From positions 12,358 to 76,357 of the IMG/VR virus record IMGVR_UViG_3300010885_050098: a DNA stretch of 64,000 bases. One strand, 5' to 3'. Under the pieces are notes generated by a model, which was given only the letters and a program-made list of their open reading frames with translations, had not been told where the DNA came from and did not search any database. A program made the position numbers and the translations under genes. Origin of the DNA: a virus. Shown here in pieces: positions 8,517-14,551 of this stretch. Numbering within the stretch: position 1 is the first letter of the stretch; every line of letters begins with the position of its first letter.

Positions 8517-8653
8517 GTAATCGAAACAGGGGCAGTTTGCGGGAGTTCTAGCCCAATGTCGTAAGTAAGAACCCGCACCTAGCAAGCGGCAGGGCCTGGG
8601 GCAACCCGGGCTCTGTCTGCCGCTGCCCAGGATCCAAGCGGCGCGGATCGCGC

Positions 8654-8709
8654 AAATGTTTGTGTTGGCCCTCCCACCCCGTTTATAGGGAGTATGTATG
8701 TAAGAGAGA
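8654..8709 (+). repeat. intergenic repeat element copy D
   Basis: AAATGTTTGTGTTGG-CCCTCCCACCCC...GAGAGA. Confidence 0.85.
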
Positions 8710-8743
8710 CTCAGCTGCCCGGTGGATCCTGGCAAAACTAGTC

Positions 8744-8810
8744 TGCAAACTCTATTTACACGAGCACGGCCAGCATGAGAGAGTTCGCCTACACCTCACG
8801 AAAGGGGCTG
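8744..8810 (+). promoter_or_regulatory. cassette promoter 6
   Basis: TGCAAACTCTATTTACA ... AAAGGGGCTG. Confidence 0.75.
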
Positions 8811-8817
8811 TTTACAT

Positions 8818-9360
8818 ATGGGTTATTACATTGACCTAACTGATGCCGATTGGGAAATTCCCGAAACCGCAGAAGTGCTAGAGGCGTTGAAAGAAATGCC
8901 TACCAAATATCACGCCATTAAACGTGGCGGTTCATCTAATGGAGAATCTTGGTTCTCATGGATGAGCGACGAAAGTATCCTCAACGCAGAGAGTGCGGAG
9001 AGAATATTCAACGACCTAGGGTTCGAGACTACGTCAACCGACGGTAGTTTTAAACTCGATGGTTACTCCAGCAAAACGGGCCAAGAAGATTTATTCTTGG
9101 CGGTCGTTGCCCCATTCTGCAAAACAGGTTCATACGTGGAATTCCGCGGTGAAGATGGAGCCGAATGGCAATACTCAGTACGTGATGGTGTCATGCAATA
9201 TTCAGAAGTTGCTCGTCACTTTCCCGAACCGCATCCGTGGCGCTACTCCCACTTCCAATTCGATGACGGTAAGACTCAGTCTTTCGCAATCGATATCACA
9301 AAACCTCTTCCAGAAGGGGTCCATAACGGCCACGATAAATACATCAAGGCCACAGTTTAA
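8818..9360 (+). CDS. conserved phage hypothetical protein (MGY...GEDG..W)
   Basis: Follows cassette RBS; ends before a terminator. Confidence 0.75.
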   Translation: MGYYIDLTDADWEIPETAEVLEALKEMPTKYHAIKRGGSSNGESWFSWMSDESILNAESAERIFNDLGFETTSTDGSFKLDGYSSKTGQEDLFLAVVAPFCKTGSYVEFRGEDGAEWQYSVRDGVMQYSEVARHFPEPHPWRYSHFQFDDGKTQSFAIDITKPLPEGVHNGHDKYIKATV

Positions 9361-9378
9361 AAGCTGAAAAAGCTGAAT

Positions 9379-9425
9379 GCTCTCACCGGGATCACCCTAG
9401 CGGATCCTGGTGGGAGCTTTTTTTA
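9379..9425 (+). terminator. intrinsic terminator containing GGATCCTGG
   Basis: GCTCTCACCGGGATC...GATCCTGGTGGGAGC plus T-run. Confidence 0.75.
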
Positions 9426-9446
9426 TTTAATAAATATCCCAAAGAG

Positions 9447-9470
9447 GGGAGGGTGGGCCGACACAAACAT
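9447..9470 (-). repeat. intergenic repeat element copy E (inverted)
   Basis: Reverse complement is ATGTTTGTGTCGGCCCACCCTCCC. Confidence 0.85.
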
Positions 9471-9529
9471 CTGGCTTTGGGTAATAAAGGCAAACGGAGC
9501 CCTCGGAGAGAGAGCGCGAAAAAATTCTT

Positions 9530-9607
9530 TGCAAACTCTATTTACACGGAGAGACTGAGCACGTAATGTTCTCCTTGTAAGCGGAAGTACCGATTACAGA
9601 AGGGCTG
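9530..9607 (+). promoter_or_regulatory. cassette promoter 7
   Basis: TGCAAACTCTA-TTTACA-17 nt-TAATGT; hairpin; AAGGGCTG. Confidence 0.8.
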
Positions 9608-9610
9608 AAA

Positions 9611-9856
9611 ATGCGTTCTCTAAGAGAGATTGCAATTGAAATTGAAAGAGAGTGTGCTGATAAGCAATGGTATTACTATGCCGAAGCCTACGTCACTCCA
9701 ATGAAGTCGCTTGAATCGCTGAGCGAGCGCTACTACGAAGATAGTGCTGAATCTATCGTCATGTATGCACTTGCTAATCTCACCTCATGGCGGGGTGATA
9801 CAGCTCGCCGAATCAAGGCCGAGCTCAACGCAATGCTGAAGGGGGTAAGCGCATGA
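9611..9856 (+). CDS. conserved small phage protein (MRSLREIA...YAEAY...Y.LANL..WRG..A.RIKAEL)
   Basis: Follows RBS. Confidence 0.75.
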   Translation: MRSLREIAIEIERECADKQWYYYAEAYVTPMKSLESLSERYYEDSAESIVMYALANLTSWRGDTARRIKAELNAMLKGVSA

Positions 9857-10227
9857 GCGAATTAACCACGCTCAGCTGCACCGAGCTTATAGCTCGTATC
9901 GAATCACTTGAGAATGGCATAACTAACTATAGTCGCCAGCTCTCACGTATTACCGAAGGCCTAACCGCCGATAGTTGGTACCGCTCTGAGGTGGAAAAAT
10001 CCACCGTGCTATCAGAGCTCTGCGAGATCCTGGGTGTTCAACCTACTCAGACCGTCTCCATCACCGCAACCCTTACGGTTTGCATGTCACACGAAGTGCC
10101 GCTCGATGAGCTGGAAGACTTCGATGCAGACCAATTGGTCTCAGACCAACTTTCTATCGATGTCTACGGTGGAGATACCACCCTCGACGATTGGTCGGTA
10201 GAGAGCGCTGATTGGGAAGAGCAATGA
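9853..10227 (+). CDS. acidic hypothetical protein
   Basis: ATGA overlap; D/E-rich C-terminal half. Confidence 0.75.
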   Translation: MSELTTLSCTELIARIESLENGITNYSRQLSRITEGLTADSWYRSEVEKSTVLSELCEILGVQPTQTVSITATLTVCMSHEVPLDELEDFDADQLVSDQLSIDVYGGDTTLDDWSVESADWEEQ

Positions 10228-10460
10228 ACGTAGCTCCATCCCAAGACCTCATGACTCGCTTCAAGGTTCAGGCGGCCATCACGGCCGCTTGGACTGAGTA
10301 TGGCGAGCTGTACGAAGCTGAAGAGGCCGGTGGCTTCTCCGACGCTATGGAATCGATGGAGAGAAAATATGCAGAAGGTGTAGCTGAAGGGCTCAGCTCT
10401 GCATACTTCATGATTTATAACGAATCGTTCCCACCATCGGAGGATGAAAGTGCCATATAA
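10224..10460 (+). CDS. acidic hypothetical protein
   Basis: ATGA overlap at 10224. Confidence 0.65.
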   Translation: MNVAPSQDLMTRFKVQAAITAAWTEYGELYEAEEAGGFSDAMESMERKYAEGVAEGLSSAYFMIYNESFPPSEDESAI

Positions 10461-10737
10461 CCCAAGAGCTGAAAGAGAAGCGGCGATCCTGGCATACACG
10501 GATGAAGACCGGGATGCGATGGACGATACCAACCCGGTTACTCATGCAGAGACTGGCCCTAACCGATTCCATCTCATGTCTCTATTCTTCTCAGATACTG
10601 ACGGTGTTCAGATTCAAGAGGATATGGAGCTCAATGAGATAACCGTTACCTACTTCAATGACGCATTAGTTAGCGAGGAGATTACGGAAGGCCCGATGTA
10701 TGACTGGGCCATCGAGCAATACAACGGCTGGATTTAA
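10444..10737 (+). CDS. acidic hypothetical protein
   Basis: Overlapping ORF followed by a terminator-like hairpin. Confidence 0.65.
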   Translation: MKVPYNPRAEREAAILAYTDEDRDAMDDTNPVTHAETGPNRFHLMSLFFSDTDGVQIQEDMELNEITVTYFNDALVSEEITEGPMYDWAIEQYNGWI

Positions 10738-10783
10738 ACGAGGCCCCTGCTGCGCTTGCGCGGTGGGGGTTTTGCCATGCCCG

Positions 10784-10840
10784 AAATGTTTGTGTTGAAG
10801 CCCACCCTCCCTCATTATGGGAAATATATATAAAGAGAGA
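10784..10840 (+). repeat. intergenic repeat element copy F
   Basis: AAATGTTTGTGTTG-AAG-CCCACCCTCCC...GAGAGA. Confidence 0.85.
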
Positions 10841-10850
10841 TCCCTGGCCG

Positions 10851-10866
10851 TGTGACGTAGCTCACA
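10851..10866. promoter_or_regulatory. CRP/GlxR box (TGTGA-N6-TCACA)
   Basis: TGTGACGTAGCTCACA, exact consensus, in the slot occupied by the SOS box elsewhere. Confidence 0.75.
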
Positions 10867-10944
10867 AGAGAGAGTCTGCAGACTCTATATACATTCGACG
10901 GTTGACGTGTCAATATACGGTTAGCAATAAAAGAAAGGGCTGTC

Positions 10945-11643
10945 ATGAAATTAAAACGTAGTAAGGACCGCAAGGTTGCGAATTCACTCACCGCGGGTGG
11001 AAACGTACGTATTGCGAATTCTTTCGGGCTACCGTCCGGGAGAGAGTACTCATGTCCGGGCGCCACTAGTATATGCGAACGCATATGTTATGCGGGCAAG
11101 CTTGAGAAGCTATATCCAGGCGTTAGAGAGAATCTCACACACAATTGGGATTTACTTAAGAATGCAGACCATGACACTATGGAGAATCTCCTAATGGAGA
11201 TGATCGAGGAATTCAAGGCCGAATGCGATAAGTGGAATGCGCCTAAGTCATTCCGTATCCATTGGGACGGGGATTTCTTTAATGGTGAGTACGCATTCGC
11301 GTGGAAACACGTCATCCTTAATAACCCGGATGTTAAATTTTGGGTATACACACGGGTAGAATCGGCCGCGTACATGCTTAAGGGCATGGAGAATCTTTCT
11401 CTCTATTTCTCCGGAGATAGCGAGAATTTCGAGGCCGCAGCACGGTTGAAAGAGCACGGGATATTAATCGCTAGTCTCGATGAGACTTTCGATCGGGCCC
11501 GTGGAGCGCTTAAACTTATTGGAGAGAAGTCTGCAATATGCCCTGAGCAACGTAAGCAAATACCTCTAAACGGAGCCTGCATTGCATGCGGGATTTGCGT
11601 AGAGGGTAAAGTCAATATATCGTTCTCGATATCTAAGAAATAA
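10945..11643 (+). CDS. Gp88-like (radical-SAM-related) phage protein
   Basis: FGLP...SCPGAT..C..ICYA, FRIH.DGDFF, FWVYTR, C-terminal CP..C..CG.C. Confidence 0.7.
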   Translation: MKLKRSKDRKVANSLTAGGNVRIANSFGLPSGREYSCPGATSICERICYAGKLEKLYPGVRENLTHNWDLLKNADHDTMENLLMEMIEEFKAECDKWNAPKSFRIHWDGDFFNGEYAFAWKHVILNNPDVKFWVYTRVESAAYMLKGMENLSLYFSGDSENFEAAARLKEHGILIASLDETFDRARGALKLIGEKSAICPEQRKQIPLNGACIACGICVEGKVNISFSISKK

Positions 11644-11652
11644 GGAGCAAGA

Positions 11653-11928
11653 ATGGGATCAACACTAGCAAGAGAGCTAGCGGGAGGAGATTTGGGCTTA
11701 GATCTACGGGCCCAGATCACCATCCAGCTACGTAGTAATCATTACCCACCGGTACCGTATGAGATGGTGGATCCATGCATGGATGCCATCGTGGCATATA
11801 ACGATGGAGACACCGATCTATTGATCGCGCTACCATCGCCGATTAAGTGGAAAGGCCAGGATCACGCACCGGCCTATGCAATAATTGAGTCGCATCACCT
11901 TAATGATTGGATCTCATATGAAGAGTAA
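11653..11928 (+). CDS. hypothetical protein (L.SNHYPPVP motif)
   Basis: AAGGAG RBS. Confidence 0.7.
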   Translation: MGSTLARELAGGDLGLDLRAQITIQLRSNHYPPVPYEMVDPCMDAIVAYNDGDTDLLIALPSPIKWKGQDHAPAYAIIESHHLNDWISYEE

Positions 11929-12010
11929 CCTGCAGATTAAGCTTGATGCGGCCGCTAAGGCCCTAGAGCCCATCCTATGGGAGACATTGGATGAGATTGA
12001 TGAAGAATGA
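11918..12010 (+). CDS. tiny acidic peptide (30 aa)
   Basis: Read manually: MKSNLQIKLDAAAKALEPILWETLDEIDEE. Confidence 0.45.
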   Translation: MKSNLQIKLDAAAKALEPILWETLDEIDEE

Positions 12011-12092
12011 ATTTCAAGAGCTGATGGATCGGGTCCTTAAGGAGGGGCTCGATCGCATCGATCAGCTAACTGAAGAAGAGTTGCTCTCCTAA
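12000..12092 (+). CDS. tiny acidic peptide (30 aa)
   Basis: Read manually: MKNEFQELMDRVLKEGLDRIDQLTEEELLS; terminator follows. Confidence 0.45.
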   Translation: MKNEFQELMDRVLKEGLDRIDQLTEEELLS

Positions 12093-12107
12093 CGGATCGA
12101 GCATCAC

Positions 12108-12151
12108 GGCGTCCATCCCCACACAGCCCGGGGTTGGGCGCCTTTTCTTTT
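12108..12151 (+). terminator. intrinsic terminator
   Basis: GGCGTCCA-TCCCC...GGGG-TTGGGCGCC plus T-run. Confidence 0.65.
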
Positions 12152-12199
12152 GGCGAGCGCCCATTTATTGTTTGGTTGTTTGCCTACACCCATATTTCC

Positions 12200-12254
12200 A
12201 AATGTTTGTGTTGACCCACCCTCCCCTTATCCCTTCGGGATAGGGTAAGAGAGA
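12200..12254 (+). repeat. intergenic repeat element copy G
   Basis: AAATGTTTGTGTTG-A-CCCACCCTCCCC...TATCCC-TTC-GGGATA...GAGAGA. Confidence 0.85.
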
Positions 12255-12276
12255 CATCGATGTCAATAGAGTCTGC

Positions 12277-12292
12277 TGTGATGGCCATCACA
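12277..12292. promoter_or_regulatory. CRP/GlxR box
   Basis: TGTGATGGCCATCACA, perfect palindrome. Confidence 0.75.
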
Positions 12293-12300
12293 TGGAGAGA

Positions 12301-12321
12301 GTTGAGTCGGATCGACTCAAG
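12301..12321. promoter_or_regulatory. HAIR-like operator (HspR site)
   Basis: GTTGAGT-N7-ACTCAAG versus consensus CTTGAGT-N7-ACTCAAG (13/14). Confidence 0.65.
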
Positions 12322-12492
12322 TTTTATGAGCCGGAATGAGCAATCTCGAAGAGAGAGAGAGGATCGAAGATCCTGGCACATTCATGCAGAGAGAGAGAGA
12401 AGAGAGAGAGGCATGCAAGCTCCGAAGGAGCTGGCTAGGCTACTGTCTCAGCATGCGAGACGATGAGCAGTCGTGCCACCAGGTCAAATGCT

Positions 12493-12508
12493 TGTTTCAC
12501 GTGAAACT
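12493..12508. promoter_or_regulatory. parS centromere site
   Basis: TGTTTCACGTGAAACT; contains the exact actinobacterial core GTTTCACGTGAAAC. Confidence 0.85.
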
Positions 12509-12679
12509 ATGCGTATATCTTCGATATTGCATATATCTTTGATCGCCATCTCAGGCTGTGGAGAGATTAAGGAAGCAGAGATAAGTAATTGGATATCTAT
12601 CTCTCTTATATCTCTCTCTTGAATATGCTCTCTCTAATTAAAACAAGGAAATGTAAAGGGCCGTATTTCCACAGGGCGC

Positions 12680-12695
12680 TGTGTTGTAAGTCACA
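12680..12695. promoter_or_regulatory. CRP/GlxR-like box (1 mismatch)
   Basis: TGTGT-TGTAAG-TCACA just upstream of TGCAAACTCAC. Confidence 0.55.
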
Positions 12696-12706
12696 TGGTA
12701 AATGTA

Positions 12707-12771
12707 TGCAAACTCACTTGCGCTAGATACTAGCTGAGGAGTAGGTTGGCCTCCTAAGCCAAACAAGGGAG
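12707..12771 (+). promoter_or_regulatory. cassette promoter 9
   Basis: TGCAAACTCAC-TTGCGC-18 nt-TAGGTT; AAGGGAG RBS. Confidence 0.65.
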
Positions 12772-12777
12772 AAAACT

Positions 12778-13026
12778 ATGGCTATAGATGCTAGAGAGAA
12801 AGTCCTATTGGATCTTCTTGAGAAAGGCTATGTACCCGGTATCAATGGTGAAGGCAGTGCAACATTAACCGTTAAGGGCTTTGTTGGTGCCAATATTGTC
12901 GCTGCTCGGGTTGCTCTACGAGAGTTACCTCGTCCATTGAGTGAGCAAGATATTGTTGAAATTATCGAGTTCCTGCAAACGGCAGAATCCTCACTAACTT
13001 ACCTAACTGATCCTGAGGATGACTAA
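12778..13026 (+). CDS. hypothetical protein
   Basis: RBS and promoter upstream. Confidence 0.7.
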   Translation: MAIDAREKVLLDLLEKGYVPGINGEGSATLTVKGFVGANIVAARVALRELPRPLSEQDIVEIIEFLQTAESSLTYLTDPEDD

Positions 13027-13199
13027 TGGCTTGGTGGATGAATTATATGAATACCACAATGGTATGTATTAACGGCTGTGGTGTATCGCGTTCATACGTC
13101 GGAGAAGAATTTGAATTAGCGGAATCATGTCCACAATGTAAAAAAGAAATGGAAGGGTTACGCATCCTAAAGAAGGGGATTACAAATGACACACAATGA
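13026..13199 (+). CDS. small zinc-ribbon-like protein
   Basis: Read manually; CINGC...CPQC; TAATG overlap. Confidence 0.5.
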   Translation: MAWWMNYMNTTMVCINGCGVSRSYVGEEFELAESCPQCKKEMEGLRILKKGITNDTQ

Positions 13200-13398
13200 A
13201 TTAATAGAGGCTGTAAATAGTCCAACGTATATGAGTAGTAGAACTTTAGAGCATCCGTATATTGCACTTCGTGCAGTGTTGGAAATACACGCTCCTTTTG
13301 AAAGCGGTGTATGCGGATGTGAAATTGATAATCCAGTTCTTTCTTACATGTATCCATGTGCAACCGTTCGCGCTATTGAAAAGGAGTTGTCAATATGA
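13186..13398 (+). CDS. hypothetical protein (H.P...C..C...YPC.T.RAI motif)
   Basis: Cys/His pattern common in actinophage small proteins. Confidence 0.65.
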   Translation: MTHNELIEAVNSPTYMSSRTLEHPYIALRAVLEIHAPFESGVCGCEIDNPVLSYMYPCATVRAIEKELSI

Positions 13399-13685
13399 CA
13401 ATAAACACATATGAAAAACTAAGACCAATTGCGGATGTATGGGCGTGGCAACATAAAGGAAACTGCGTTGGTAAAAACACTGAATTGTTCTTTTTAGAAA
13501 CAAGTGTCCGAGGGCCAAATAAAACTAGACAAGAAAACGAAGCAAAGGCAATTTGTAAAGGTTGCCCAGTTAAAAATGAATGTTTAAACCACGCTTTAAC
13601 TACTCCTGAATACTACGGTGTATGGGGCGGTTTAAGCGCCGATGAACGTTCTTTTTATAGCGCAAACCGAAGGGAAATTGCATGA
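13395..13685 (+). CDS. whiB: WhiB-family transcription factor
   Basis: W...C...FF...AK.IC..CPV...CL...GVWGG. Confidence 0.93.
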   Translation: MTINTYEKLRPIADVWAWQHKGNCVGKNTELFFLETSVRGPNKTRQENEAKAICKGCPVKNECLNHALTTPEYYGVWGGLSADERSFYSANRREIA

Positions 13686-14551
13686 AAGCAGTATCGTTAT
13701 TTGCAGGTGTAGGCGGGTTTGATCTCGCACTAGAACGAGCTGGTGTAACTGTTGTTGCATCATGTGAAATTGATAAGTACGCACAAAAGGTGTTGGCACA
13801 ACACTTTCCTAATTCAACAATAATCAACGATGTAAAGGATGTAACAGGTGATCAACTTAAACAACTCGGATTCGACGGTAGTGACGGAATTATTGTCGGA
13901 GGATTTCCATGCCAAGACTTGTCCGTTGCGGGAAAGCGAGCAGGACTCGCTGGATCTAGGTCAGGACTCTTCTGGGAAATCTGTCGCATCCTCGACGAAA
14001 CGAAAGCGAAGTGGTTCGTCCTCGAAAACGTCCCCGGTTTGCTGTCATCTAACGACGGACGAGATATGGGAACCGTCATCCAAGCGTTGGTTGAGCGCGG
14101 GTACGGGGTCAGTTACAGGATTTTGGACGCTCAGTACTTCGGAGTCGCCCAAAGACGTCGCAGAGTCTTCATTGTCGGATGTCTTGGAGATGACGGGCGA
14201 GCATCTGCAGAAGTACTCGCTCTCGTTGAAGGCATGCGAGGGCATCTTGAGACGAGCAACACGAAGAGGGAAAAAACTTCCCGAGGCTCTTCATCAAGCA
14301 CTGGAGAATCAGACAAGAAAATAGCACGCATGCGTGGCTTTGGTGACTACGAGTTAGATCATAAAGCAGGCGCATTAAAAGCACGTGATTGGAAAGATGC
14401 TACCGATCTTGTGTATCCCGAAGGAAATGTAGGAACTATAACTACAGCCTTTGGCGCAAAGAACTATTCAAATCACCAAGAACTCATGGAAGGAAGCGTG
14501 GTTGTATATGACGAACTGGTTCGTGAAAAGTCGCAGAGCGCAAAACGTTGA
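13682..14551 (+). CDS. C5 cytosine DNA methyltransferase, N-terminal part (motifs I-VIII)
   Basis: LFAGVGG, GGFPCQDLS, LENVPG, QRRRRVF. Confidence 0.92.
   Translation: MKAVSLFAGVGGFDLALERAGVTVVASCEIDKYAQKVLAQHFPNSTIINDVKDVTGDQLKQLGFDGSDGIIVGGFPCQDLSVAGKRAGLAGSRSGLFWEICRILDETKAKWFVLENVPGLLSSNDGRDMGTVIQALVERGYGVSYRILDAQYFGVAQRRRRVFIVGCLGDDGRASAEVLALVEGMRGHLETSNTKREKTSRGSSSSTGESDKKIARMRGFGDYELDHKAGALKARDWKDATDLVYPEGNVGTITTAFGAKNYSNHQELMEGSVVVYDELVREKSQSAKR
13848..14324 (+). CDS. nested +1-frame ORF, probable methyltransferase subunit (true start uncertain)
   Basis: C-terminal SSLSDVLE...KYSLSLKACEGILRRATRRGKKLP resembles the post-motif-VIII segment of phage C5 MTases. Confidence 0.55.
   Translation: MINLNNSDSTVVTELLSEDFHAKTCPLRESEQDSLDLGQDSSGKSVASSTKRKRSGSSSKTSPVCCHLTTDEIWEPSSKRWLSAGTGSVTGFWTLSTSESPKDVAESSLSDVLEMTGEHLQKYSLSLKACEGILRRATRRGKKLPEALHQALENQTRK

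Noticed and set aside
11918-12092. Pup mimic (LDEID-like stretch)
   Set aside because: Too short a match and no C-terminal GGE/GGQ.
12184-12542. ORFs 12184..12381, 12260..12466 and 12336..12542
   Set aside because: R/E-rich translations come from GA repeats; no RBS; they overlap regulatory palindromes.
12370-12545. ArgR or IdeR operators
   Set aside because: Only partial matches (GGCACATTCATGCA, GGCTAGGCTA); not strong enough without a matrix scan.
12550-12680. DnaA boxes or replication origin
   Set aside because: Only isolated TCCACA cores with mismatches; no box cluster.
4680-12775. CRISPR array or classical integron
   Set aside because: Repeats are degenerate and separated by whole genes of 0.5-1.5 kb; no attC structure, integrase or cas operon. 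The Cas4-like gene is a stand-alone exonuclease in the recombination operon.
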